From Methanobacteriota archaeon (lineage in GTDB: Archaea > Thermoplasmatota > Poseidoniia > Poseidoniales > Poseidoniaceae), in assembly GCA_009937025.1 (NCBI GenBank), contig JAACDG010000164.1, positions 85 to 64,084 on the forward strand: 64,000 nt of DNA, read 5' to 3'. Shown one piece after another: positions 8,484 through 17,680 of the stretch. Every line of letters starts with the position of its first letter. Position 1 is the first letter of the stretch. The notes below the pieces were generated by a model. It did no database searches, was not told the DNA's origin, and saw only the letters and a list, made by a program, of their open reading frames with translations. The position numbers were made by a program, and so were the translations under genes.

Positions 8484-9482
8484 TCAATGAAGTGCAACCA
8501 TTCTTCTGCAGCATTCTTCTGCATCAATAAAGCCGTCCAGCAAGGTGTTAAGGGCCTTTGTGAATGGAATTTCGATTCCGAAATCTTCTGCTCTTTCACC
8601 AAACATGCGAGCCGCACGTACACCTTCTGCGACCATGTGCATTTCTTCGAGAGCCTGTTCAATGGTGAGTCCAGTTCCTAACTTTTCACCCATCGAACGG
8701 TTTCTCCCATGAGGTGAAGTTGCCGTTACATACAAATCTCCCAAGCCTGCAGGTCCGAAAGCAACTTCTGCTTTTGCTCCCAGTTGTGGCAGTAAGAGGC
8801 AACCTTCTTTGAATCCAGCCATAAAAATAGCCGCCTTGAGATTATCTCCACCAAGAGACCCAACCTGCTTCAAACCATCGACGAGCCCACAAGCAAGTGC
8901 TACGACGTTCTTGAACGCCCCCCACAATTCTGCTCCAGCAGGGTCAGCTGCAGGATGAAGGATGAAGGTTTGAGTTGTTAACGTCGTTGCGAGTTGTTGT
9001 GCTACAGAGACATCTTCACTCGCTACGAGTGCGGTGGTCATTACGCCACTTGCTGCTTCTGGAGCAATGGTGGGCCCAGTTACTACAGCCAGTGTGTTGC
9101 TTGTTCCAGCATCGTTTAACTTCTGCTGAATGGCTTCTGAAATCGATTTGTTTCCATCTGCTAAACCTTTGGCTAAGTCGAGTAATACGTGGCCGGGTCG
9201 AAGATGGGGGATAATTTGATCGACGACTCCAAGAATAACCGATGAGGGAACTGCTAAGACAATGATTTCAACGCCTTCCAATGCTTCCTCGATATGCATT
9301 GTTGCTTCAAGTCCTTCAACAGGATGATTTGGGAGATATTTAGCATTAACAGAATCCATTGTTATTGATTCGTAGACTTCTTGTTCAATGGTCCAACCTT
9401 TGACTCGGTGGTTATCTGCTAACCACATCCGAGCAATTGCTGTTCCCCAATTTCCCAAACCCAAAATCGCAATGTGTGCCAT
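8484..9482 (-). CDS. gpsA: NAD(P)H-dependent glycerol-3-phosphate dehydrogenase
   Basis: GLGNWG Rossmann motif, GPTIAPE, GAFKNVVALACG, GLGDLYVTATSPHGRNR, VAEGV. Confidence 0.93.
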   Translation of the reverse strand: MAHIAILGLGNWGTAIARMWLADNHRVKGWTIEQEVYESITMDSVNAKYLPNHPVEGLEATMHIEEALEGVEIIVLAVPSSVILGVVDQIIPHLRPGHVLLDLAKGLADGNKSISEAIQQKLNDAGTSNTLAVVTGPTIAPEAASGVMTTALVASEDVSVAQQLATTLTTQTFILHPAADPAGAELWGAFKNVVALACGLVDGLKQVGSLGGDNLKAAIFMAGFKEGCLLLPQLGAKAEVAFGPAGLGDLYVTATSPHGRNRSMGEKLGTGLTIEQALEEMHMVAEGVRAARMFGERAEDFGIEIPFTKALNTLLDGFIDAEECCRRMVALH

Positions 9483-9580
9483 AGAGACCAAGTGGAACGC
9501 CGCTCACTTTACTTATGTTAATTGCCACTCTTCGAAGGTGTAAGGGTGGGGTTTTGAATGGGAATGAGCGTCTTCAAAGT

Positions 9581-10771
9581 TCAGAATAAATCGTCATCGT
9601 CTTCTTCATCAAGGTCGAAAACATTGTCATCTTCTTTCTTTGCTGCCTTCTTGGCAGGAGCCTTCTTCTTGGCAGGAGCCTTCTTTTTTGCAGGAGCTTT
9701 CTTTTCAGCAGGAGCCTTCTTTTCAGCAGGTTTTTCTTCCTCTGCAGTTTCCTCGCTCGCCTTTCCTTCTTCGGATTCTTCACGAAGTTTTGCTTGCTCT
9801 TCTTCACGAGCGGCCAAGGCAGCAGGTGTTGTTCCTGTTTGAGCAGCAAGTGCTCGACGTCGGTCTTCACGGGCTTTACGTTCGAGTTGGCGATGGCGGG
9901 ATTTTTCGATGTTTTGCAACATATACATTGCATCGTGTTCCAAAAGCGGAGAATCAGAAATGAGGGTGATGTCAAGCCATCCTCCGTCTTCAACAATAAA
10001 TTCAGCAAGTGGCTCGAAGTTCAAATCCGACTTCTTGATTTGTGTGTAGTGCATAGCGTTACCAGAACGGTGCTCAACACCAGAGAAGTGGCAATAGAAT
10101 TCTTTTGTTCCGATGGTTTCGCGCACTTCATCAAACAATTCTCCATAGTCTTCCGAAGTTCGCATCTTTCCATGACCACGAGCGTGAATGTGTGCGATAT
10201 TGAGCACAGGAATGGTTCCTTCGACGTGATTGACAACTTCCAAGACTTCTTCGAGACTGCCCCATAATTCTTGGCGACCTGATGTTTCAACGCCTATTTT
10301 TGAGGGAGTTCCATCTTTAATCCAAGGGAATACTGGGAATTCGTCTTCATCATCATGCCAAATCTCGTGTACACGGTCAACAATCCCTGCGAAGACATTT
10401 GCTACTTGTTCATTTGCTGCACTACCCGGATGCATGCCTCCGTAGTGGCCTGCGTGAAGCGTAATGTGTCGGGCATTGATTGTTCGGGCAGCCTGAAGCG
10501 TTGTTTCGATTTTTGTCATCGAACGCCCACGTTCAACACGGTTGCCAAGAAGTTCGGAATAGTACGGTCCGTGAATATTCATCTCAAATTCGGTTTTATT
10601 AGCAAGAACGCCCGCTTGCCAATATTGTTCAAAGTGTTGTGGAGCGACCATTCGGACGGTTTGGACCTCCATTGTTTCTAAACCAAGTGAGATGATATCG
10701 TCCATTCCTTCAACGATTGTACGACCTTTACAAGACAAAGGAACGCCCGCAGGTCCGAGTTTAATTGGCAT
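9581..10771 (-). CDS. Archaeal endonuclease IV-like AP endonuclease (TIM barrel) with charged low-complexity tail
   Basis: IHGPYY, LHAG, GVETSGR, AHIHAR, HFSGVE, SDSPLLEHDA; C-terminal KKAPA repeats and acidic end. Confidence 0.82.
   Translation of the reverse strand: MPIKLGPAGVPLSCKGRTIVEGMDDIISLGLETMEVQTVRMVAPQHFEQYWQAGVLANKTEFEMNIHGPYYSELLGNRVERGRSMTKIETTLQAARTINARHITLHAGHYGGMHPGSAANEQVANVFAGIVDRVHEIWHDDEDEFPVFPWIKDGTPSKIGVETSGRQELWGSLEEVLEVVNHVEGTIPVLNIAHIHARGHGKMRTSEDYGELFDEVRETIGTKEFYCHFSGVEHRSGNAMHYTQIKKSDLNFEPLAEFIVEDGGWLDITLISDSPLLEHDAMYMLQNIEKSRHRQLERKAREDRRRALAAQTGTTPAALAAREEEQAKLREESEEGKASEETAEEEKPAEKKAPAEKKAPAKKKAPAKKKAPAKKAAKKEDDNVFDLDEEDDDDLF
9646..9735 (-). repeat. Coding tandem repeat, ~18-nt unit encoding A[EK]KKAP
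   Basis: gcaggagc(c/t)ttctt.. recurs about 5 times. Confidence 0.8.
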
Positions 10772-10918
10772 AATTCACATCCCCGCAGGAACGACCCAAG
10801 GGTCTTCCTATGATAACCCCTTTCCGTTGGCTGTCCGCTAAAATTGTTTTTTTCTTCCCACTCATCGTTAGAATATCCCATACGACCATTCATGAACTCC
10901 TGCGGTTGAGGCTTGGTT

Positions 10919-11632
10919 ATGGACGAACAAGTCGCGGCCGCAGTAGACGCTTTCCAGAACGGAATGCCGGTTTGTTTGTTTGACTCTGAAAAAAGAGAAG
11001 GCGAAACGGATTTATTGTTTCCTGGCCAAAGCGCAGTACCCGCAACAATGCGTCAATTGAGAATGGATTGTGGCGGCTTGTTATTTCTGGCGATTGGCCA
11101 TGAAATAGGAGAGTTGTTTTCCTTGCCGTTTCTTCAAGACCTCCATACTCAAGATTCTCTATTAGAAGAATTTCCAGTACTCAATCATTTGGTGACCAAT
11201 GATTTACGATACGATGCTCGTTCAGCATTTACCTTGTCTTTGAATCATCGTGAAACATATACCGGTATCACCGACCATGACCGTGCGCTTACAACTCGCC
11301 GTTTTGCTGAATTATCAGCGGAATTAACCAAAGCCGGAATCTCAGGTAAAGATGCACAAGCGGCATTGGGTCAAGAATTCCGAACTCCAGGACACATACC
11401 AGTTTGCCGTGAGACCGAAGGTGGACTTTCTCGAAGACAAGGCCATACTGAGTTAGCAGTCGGTCTTTCACGGCTTGCAGGAATGACGCCAGTCGTCATA
11501 GGAGCCGAGATGCTACAGAGCGATGGAGATAATGCTCTTGCTGTTAATGATGCCCGAACTTGGGCGCACGAGCGAGGCATACCTTTCCTTGAAGGGGCTC
11601 AATTGATTGAAGCCTTGAACATACAAAATTAG
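10919..11632 (+). CDS. ribB: 3,4-dihydroxy-2-butanone-4-phosphate synthase
   Basis: DSEKREGETDL, TGITDHDRALT, FRTPGHI, RQGHTE. Confidence 0.93.
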   Translation: MDEQVAAAVDAFQNGMPVCLFDSEKREGETDLLFPGQSAVPATMRQLRMDCGGLLFLAIGHEIGELFSLPFLQDLHTQDSLLEEFPVLNHLVTNDLRYDARSAFTLSLNHRETYTGITDHDRALTTRRFAELSAELTKAGISGKDAQAALGQEFRTPGHIPVCRETEGGLSRRQGHTELAVGLSRLAGMTPVVIGAEMLQSDGDNALAVNDARTWAHERGIPFLEGAQLIEALNIQN

Positions 11633-11692
11633 GTCAGTAGTTCAGCCGGTAAAACCTTGAGGGACTATACTTTCACAACAACAGGTGAGCAG

Positions 11693-12145
11693 ATGAAGCG
11701 AGTTATGGCAGTCGGGGTTTTTGACTTACTTCATGCAGGTCATTTGCACTATTTAGAGCAAGCCAAATCACTTGGGGAACACCTCACGGTTGTCGTCGCT
11801 CATGATGACACGGTTCGTGTGCGTAAGCATGAACCCGTTACAGGTCAAGATTTACGCCGAAGGATGGTTGAAGGCTTAAAACCAGTCGATGAAGCGATTA
11901 TTGGAAACCCCCCAGATGTTCCAATTTTCGACATTTTACCTCATGTTCAACCAGATATCATCGCTTTAGGATACGACCAAGAACATGCAGAAGACCGAAT
12001 TCGTACAAAACTTGACCAACTTGGATTTGACCATATTCAGGTCACTCGTGTTGAAGGATTATCTGATGATTTAGATGGAACTCGTAAGATTATCGCTCGA
12101 ATTCTTCAGCTTTCTTCAGAATCTCAAAAGGAGAATGATGCTTGA
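11693..12145 (+). CDS. ribL: Archaeal FAD synthetase (cytidylyltransferase family)
   Basis: GVFDLLHAGHLHYL, PDIIALGYDQ; riboflavin operon context. Confidence 0.88.
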   Translation: MKRVMAVGVFDLLHAGHLHYLEQAKSLGEHLTVVVAHDDTVRVRKHEPVTGQDLRRRMVEGLKPVDEAIIGNPPDVPIFDILPHVQPDIIALGYDQEHAEDRIRTKLDQLGFDHIQVTRVEGLSDDLDGTRKIIARILQLSSESQKENDA

Positions 12146-12750
12146 TGTTTACAGGTATTATTCAAGGCACTGGGGCGGTTCTTAACATCGTGGAAAAACC
12201 AAGTATTCACACCTTACAAATCAAATTGCCGAACACCAAAGGTTTGGAAACAGGGGCGAGCGTTTCGATTGATGGTGTGTGCCTAACCGCCGTATCGATC
12301 AATGATTCAGTTGTCGACTTCGATGTCATCACTGAAACATTGACCAGAACCACGCTCGGTCAACTCTCCATTGGCCAGCATGTGAACATTGAGCGTTCAT
12401 TGAAGTTTGGCGATGAAATCGGTGGGCATTTGCTTTCAGGACACATTATGTCAACTGGAATTTTACATTCAATAGAAAAACAAGGCGAAGGTATGGATTA
12501 CGATGTTCTTGTCCCTGCTGAACTTCACAAGTATGTCATTGAGAAAGGCTACATTGCCGTCGATGGCATTTCACTCACCGTTGGAAAGGTACTTGATGGA
12601 AAGTTTTCCCTGCACATCATCCCAGAAACTCTTCGTTTGACAACATTGGTTGGAAAGGAAGTCGGTGATGCAGTAAACCTTGAAATCGACTCTACAACAC
12701 AAACAATTGTCGCAACAGTGGAACGTGTTCTTGAAGAGAAAAGGAGTTAA
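12145..12750 (+). CDS. ribE: Riboflavin synthase, bacterial/trimeric alpha type
   Basis: N-terminal MFTGII, SIDGVCLT, VNIERSL, GGHLLSGH, KGYIAVDGISLT. Confidence 0.93.
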   Translation: MFTGIIQGTGAVLNIVEKPSIHTLQIKLPNTKGLETGASVSIDGVCLTAVSINDSVVDFDVITETLTRTTLGQLSIGQHVNIERSLKFGDEIGGHLLSGHIMSTGILHSIEKQGEGMDYDVLVPAELHKYVIEKGYIAVDGISLTVGKVLDGKFSLHIIPETLRLTTLVGKEVGDAVNLEIDSTTQTIVATVERVLEEKRS

Positions 12751-12754
12751 TCAA

Positions 12755-13153
12755 ATGTCAAAAATTGCCCTCGTATGTGGTTCATTCCACCGCTCAGAAA
12801 TCGAACGTATGCTCTCATGGGCACGTGAAGAAGCTGCGGTTCATGGACTTGAGATTCTCGATGTCGTTTGGGTCCCTGGGGCAATGGAGGTCCCGCTTGC
12901 TCTTGACCGTCTGTTGGCCGATGACGATATTCTCGGGGTTGCTTGTCTTGGTATCATCGAAAAAGGACAAACCCAACATGGGTTGGCAATGGGTCAGGCC
13001 GTAATCAAAACCATCATTGAATTACAACTCGTCCATGAAAAACCAGTCGGCTTGGGAATCATCGGCCCTGGTGCTCAACCCGAACATATTGAACCTCGAC
13101 TTGAATCACATGCTCGTGCTGCCGTCGCTGCGATTGCTTCAATGCTTCAATGA
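12755..13153 (+). CDS. ribH: 6,7-dimethyl-8-ribityllumazine synthase
   Basis: WVPGAMEVPLA, LGIIEKGQTQH, KPVGLGIIGPG. Confidence 0.92.
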   Translation: MSKIALVCGSFHRSEIERMLSWAREEAAVHGLEILDVVWVPGAMEVPLALDRLLADDDILGVACLGIIEKGQTQHGLAMGQAVIKTIIELQLVHEKPVGLGIIGPGAQPEHIEPRLESHARAAVAAIASMLQ

Positions 13154-13175
13154 ATGAATCATTGGAGGTCCCAAA

Positions 13176-13424
13176 ATGGCAGATTCCAAGATTCAAAAAG
13201 CACTTGGCAATCCTGTTGTTCGTTCATTCATCGCTTTTTCTGTATTCCGCGCTTTTTACGGTGCTGGAATCCTTCTCGTCACCTATTTTCTCTCAACATC
13301 CGCTGAAGCACCGTGGCCTGTATCCGTTGGTTTCCTTGTATTCTCGATGGTCTTTTCTCGCTGGATCTTCAAACGAATAAAAGGTCGTAAAAATTCTGCT
13401 GAGCAACCAGAACCGGGCGAATAA
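13176..13424 (+). CDS. Small two-TM hypothetical protein
   Basis: GGAGG RBS; two hydrophobic segments. Confidence 0.6.
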   Translation: MADSKIQKALGNPVVRSFIAFSVFRAFYGAGILLVTYFLSTSAEAPWPVSVGFLVFSMVFSRWIFKRIKGRKNSAEQPEPGE

Positions 13425-13494
13425 TATCTAATGCTTTGATGTCAATGTTCAAGTGGTGAATCCCCCCGTAACAAGTTTGTAGGGGATTCTTTCC

Positions 13495-14421
13495 ATGTCA
13501 ACAATTCACAACGTCATCATCATTGGTTCAGGTCCTGCTGGATATACCGCAGGCCTCTACGCTGCAAGAGCAATGCTTGAACCACTTATGTTCGCAGGTT
13601 ATATGTCTGGGGGTCAGTTAATGCTTACTTCCGATATAGAGAACTTTCCGGGCTATCCAAAGGGCATCGGTGGCCCCGAGATGATGATGGAATTACGAGA
13701 ACAATCAGAACGATTTGGACTTGAAGTACGAGACCAAAACGTCGAATCTGTCGACCTTTCAGAACGGCCTTACAAAGTCGTGGTAGAAGGCGAGACCTTT
13801 CTGACCCATGCTATCATCGTCTCGACCGGCGCAGAATCAATTTGGTTGAATGCCCCGGGTGAAGAACAACAGAAAGGCAGAGGAATTTCAACTTGTGCAA
13901 CCTGTGATGGTGCCTTTTTCAAGAACGAAGAAGTCATGGTTATCGGTGGCGGCGATTCTGCTTGTGAAGAAGCAACCTTCTTGACACGATTTGCATCAAA
14001 GGTAACACTTGTTCACCGCAGAGATGTGTTCCGAGCGTCAACTATCATGTATGAACGTGCATTAAATCATGACAAAATCGAAATCAAAACCTTCCGACAA
14101 GTAAAGGAATGGCTTTCTGATGAAAAAGGCTTGACAGGAGCAGTTCTTGAGGACCCTCGAGACGGTGCAACAGAAAACATCAACGTCACTGGAGCGTTCA
14201 TTGCGATAGGACATAAACCGATTACTGGATTCCTTGGAGGGCAAGTTGAGGTTGATGAAGAAGGATACATCCTTCACAAGAAACACACAATGACATCGGT
14301 CGAGGGCGTTTTTGCTGCGGGGGATGTCGTAGATACCCGTTACAAGCAAGCAATTACTGCTGCTGGAATGGGTTGTCAAGCCGCTATGGACGTTGAAAAG
14401 TGGCTCGAAGACCAACATTGA
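13495..14421 (+). CDS. trxB: Thioredoxin-disulfide reductase
   Basis: GSGPAG, CATCDG, GGGDSA, VHRRD, GVFAAGD. Confidence 0.96.
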   Translation: MSTIHNVIIIGSGPAGYTAGLYAARAMLEPLMFAGYMSGGQLMLTSDIENFPGYPKGIGGPEMMMELREQSERFGLEVRDQNVESVDLSERPYKVVVEGETFLTHAIIVSTGAESIWLNAPGEEQQKGRGISTCATCDGAFFKNEEVMVIGGGDSACEEATFLTRFASKVTLVHRRDVFRASTIMYERALNHDKIEIKTFRQVKEWLSDEKGLTGAVLEDPRDGATENINVTGAFIAIGHKPITGFLGGQVEVDEEGYILHKKHTMTSVEGVFAAGDVVDTRYKQAITAAGMGCQAAMDVEKWLEDQH

Positions 14422-14436
14422 CCTCTCAATGAGTTT

Positions 14437-15642
14437 ATGTTTGGGCCTTGCTTGGACGGCTTGGGATTGCTTGTAGATATCGATGTTCAGCGTTACGCTC
14501 GTCACATTTCATTACCTCAAGTAGGTCGAGATGGACAGCATCTCCTCAATCGATCAAGAGTTCTGGTTATCGGTGCAGGGGGGCTTGGAAGTCCGGTTCT
14601 GCTCTACCTTGCCGCTGCTGGAATTGGACATATTGGAATCGTTGATGATGATAGAGTCGACTTGTCAAACTTACAACGGCAAGTCATCCATTCAACCGCA
14701 GCCATTGGTGGATCAAAAGTAGAATCAGCACGCAATCGCCTTCGAGACTTGAATCCCGAATTGAAGATATCCACTTATGATGTGCGATTAGCTCCAGAAA
14801 ATATTGACTCAATTTTTGCAGAAGGTTGGGATGTTGTGGTTGACGGAACCGACAACCTACCGACTCGATATCTCCTTGACGATGCTTGTTTCCTGAAAGG
14901 TATACCTTGGGTCTACGGTTCTATATATCGTTTTGAAGGGCAAGTCAGCGTTTTTAATCTACAGCAAGGCCCTTGTTATCGTGATTTATTTTCAGAACCA
15001 CCACCGCCTCAATCGGTCCCTTCATGCGCAGAAGGTGGTGTTCTGGGTGTATTACCTGGCGTCATCGGTTCATTACAAGCCAATGAAGTCATCAAAATTA
15101 TTCTTGACCTTGGAGAAGTACTCAGCGGACGACTTCTCATTTATGATGCAGAAGCAATGACCTTTGAAACACTGCGCTATTCTCATAATCCTGAACGTCA
15201 AGTGGTTACTGATTTATCGCTGAGCAGGGCTATGTTTGATGATGAAGCATGGTGTATGAGGAGAACCAGAATGGGTGATGTTGAAGAAGGAGAAACCTCT
15301 CATCGTGAAACAATGTTTAATTCGATTTCGATGAAGAGTTATGTCGAACGCCGAAATACTGGTTGGAACCCGTTCATCTTAGATGTTCGTTCTGAAGGAG
15401 AATATCAACAAGCCCATGTTGCTTCCAACGACTTACAAATCAATCACGAAGCCGTGCTTTCGATGGTCGATTCGATACCGAAAAATCGAGAAATATTGGT
15501 AATGTGCCGCAGTGGAATGCGTTCTCAGATGGCAGCGATGTGTTTGATTAAAGCAGGCTATCAAGGCTCATCCTTGTATAACCTTGAAGGTGGTATTATC
15601 GCTTGGCAATCGGTACTTCCTGACGAAATCATTCACGGTTGA
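14437..15642 (+). CDS. moeB: ThiF/MoeB adenylyltransferase-rhodanese fusion (MoeZ/Uba4-like); start uncertain
   Basis: RYARH, GAGGLGSP, SNLQRQ, DGTDN, PSCAEGGVLG; rhodanese active site CRSGMRS. Confidence 0.88.
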   Translation: MFGPCLDGLGLLVDIDVQRYARHISLPQVGRDGQHLLNRSRVLVIGAGGLGSPVLLYLAAAGIGHIGIVDDDRVDLSNLQRQVIHSTAAIGGSKVESARNRLRDLNPELKISTYDVRLAPENIDSIFAEGWDVVVDGTDNLPTRYLLDDACFLKGIPWVYGSIYRFEGQVSVFNLQQGPCYRDLFSEPPPPQSVPSCAEGGVLGVLPGVIGSLQANEVIKIILDLGEVLSGRLLIYDAEAMTFETLRYSHNPERQVVTDLSLSRAMFDDEAWCMRRTRMGDVEEGETSHRETMFNSISMKSYVERRNTGWNPFILDVRSEGEYQQAHVASNDLQINHEAVLSMVDSIPKNREILVMCRSGMRSQMAAMCLIKAGYQGSSLYNLEGGIIAWQSVLPDEIIHG

Positions 15643-15742
15643 CGGCTTCTGCGTCGTCCTCGTGAACCGTCCGAACTCCGCCTCCATGAAGGGTGAGGTT
15701 CAAGTCTCTACAGCCATCCCTGCAGTTGAAGGGAGGGATTTT

Positions 15743-16828
15743 ATGGCCAAAGTCATCGTTGCAGACGAAAATGAAGGTCGCCGTTCTCTTCTAGCAAATA
15801 CACTTGAGCGTGAGGGTTTCGATATAACCCGTGCTGCAACTCTTCGACAGGCTGAGGGAACTGCTTTAGCAATCATGCCGGAAGTGGTTCTCATCGATGG
15901 AGAATGGAAAAACGGCGACGCTATCGATGCATCTCAACGTTTGATGGCCGACCCAGAATTTGCTTTCAAATGCCGAATTGTCATTTTGACACGGAATTCT
16001 TCTCAAGAATATCGAGTGAGTGCGGCCCAATCGGGTGTTTCTGAAGTCATAGCAAAACCCGTTGACATGAACGTACTTATTCAACAATTGAATAAACACA
16101 CACGGAAGCAATTTGTTCCACCTCCTGCAGATGTTTCCAGTGGCCAAACAGGAGGAGGGACTTTCGACGTTTCAATGACCATGGGCGACAGCACATGGGC
16201 TCTACCTATGCTGAAAGGTCTTGTTGGTCCTGAAAAAATCAATACGGACTTTATTGATGAAATTCTTTCTCAAATGGACGAAGAAGGTTTGGAAGTTGAT
16301 TCCGAAATCGACTCCTCAGCAATGTCTTCAATGCTCCGTTTAGCCCTTAATAAATTGGTTGACCAAGCGAGTGCCGATGGCCAACTTCTCCCTCCAGAAC
16401 AAGGTGGCGAAGGTTCTGCTCCCCAAAAACCACCTTCTGGTCCCTCGTCGCCAAGCCAAGCCAAACGTGGAACTACACTTGGTGGTCTTCAAGCAGATAA
16501 AATGAAGCAAGGAATCTCTTCATCTATGGAGGGTATTCTTGAAGCACAAGCTCAAGGAATTGCCGACGAAGTCGAAGGAAAGATGGATTCCATCCTTGAT
16601 GAACAACCTGACCTTGTTGCTTTGCACAGTTTGGAAACGATGGTTCCTATCGACCCTGAAGTTCTTGAAATGACTCGATTAACAACAGAAGTCGTTTCTG
16701 AACTGATGTGGAGTCTTGGACGCCCGGGTGCTGTATCTGACCTTACTTTAATCACTCAAATCGAAGATGCTACGCAGATGCTTGGTGATGTTTTGACTGC
16801 TTTACCTAAGGCTGAAGAAGAGGAATAA
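15743..16828 (+). CDS. Response-regulator receiver domain protein with unknown C-terminal helical domain
   Basis: KVIVADE...PEVVLID...IVILT...AKP receiver pattern; GGAGG RBS before ATG 15743. Confidence 0.75.
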   Translation: MAKVIVADENEGRRSLLANTLEREGFDITRAATLRQAEGTALAIMPEVVLIDGEWKNGDAIDASQRLMADPEFAFKCRIVILTRNSSQEYRVSAAQSGVSEVIAKPVDMNVLIQQLNKHTRKQFVPPPADVSSGQTGGGTFDVSMTMGDSTWALPMLKGLVGPEKINTDFIDEILSQMDEEGLEVDSEIDSSAMSSMLRLALNKLVDQASADGQLLPPEQGGEGSAPQKPPSGPSSPSQAKRGTTLGGLQADKMKQGISSSMEGILEAQAQGIADEVEGKMDSILDEQPDLVALHSLETMVPIDPEVLEMTRLTTEVVSELMWSLGRPGAVSDLTLITQIEDATQMLGDVLTALPKAEEEE

Positions 16829-16830
16829 AC

Positions 16831-17610
16831 ATGGCGAAATACCCAATTCCTCGACCAAATGAATTGATGCTTGTCGACCAGAAATCCGAATTAGAACAAC
16901 TCAAACAGAACCAACCGAAACTCTATCGCTGGCGTGCATTGTTTGGCTTGGTCATGCTCGCCTTCTGTGCAATATGCGGATTTTTACTGTTTAGAGATGC
17001 TCAAAATATTCTGTTTTGGTTTGAAGACTTAGGGCCGATGGGGCCGATTGTCTTCACCCTTGGATTATCTCTAGCAGTTGTCATCATGCTTCCGACCCAA
17101 CTCATCAAAGTTTCAGCAGGAGCAATTTTTCCGTTTTGGATCGCTGCTGCTGCCAATTTCGTTGCATCTTTACTGGGTGGATTGATTGCCTTTCTTCTTG
17201 GCAGATGGTTGTTTAGAGAGAGTATCCAGAATTCGATTGCCAACGATACACGATTGAAAAATATCGAACACGCGCTCACTGTTGATGCGATGAAAATCTC
17301 TGTTCTTGTTCGCCTTTCCCCTCTTATTCCTGATGAATGGCTCAATTATTTGATGTCAGCAACTCCAGTCAGCCTCCGAGTCTACATGATTTCGAATTGT
17401 TCAGGTATTGTTTATTCATTGGCGTATGCTTACTATGGCCATGCACTTGGACGCTTTGCCCTCAATTCTTCAGGCATCGAGGGTATGAGTTCAACACCAA
17501 TGGGAAACGCCATGCTCATTCTTGGAATAATCGCCTCAATCTTGGCTACAGTTATGGTCACTCGTGCATCAATGAAGGCACTTAAGGATGCAATTCCAGA
17601 AGAAGAATGA
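16831..17610 (+). CDS. TVP38/TMEM64 (VTT/DedA) family membrane protein
   Basis: AFLLGRWL, LVRLSPLIP, LNY motifs. Confidence 0.85.
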   Translation: MAKYPIPRPNELMLVDQKSELEQLKQNQPKLYRWRALFGLVMLAFCAICGFLLFRDAQNILFWFEDLGPMGPIVFTLGLSLAVVIMLPTQLIKVSAGAIFPFWIAAAANFVASLLGGLIAFLLGRWLFRESIQNSIANDTRLKNIEHALTVDAMKISVLVRLSPLIPDEWLNYLMSATPVSLRVYMISNCSGIVYSLAYAYYGHALGRFALNSSGIEGMSSTPMGNAMLILGIIASILATVMVTRASMKALKDAIPEEE

Positions 17611-17680
17611 GAATTGATTGAAAAAGTGCCTCTTCTCATCTAGCCGTTGTGTTTGTATGTGGGTGGCCTTTGGCTAAACC

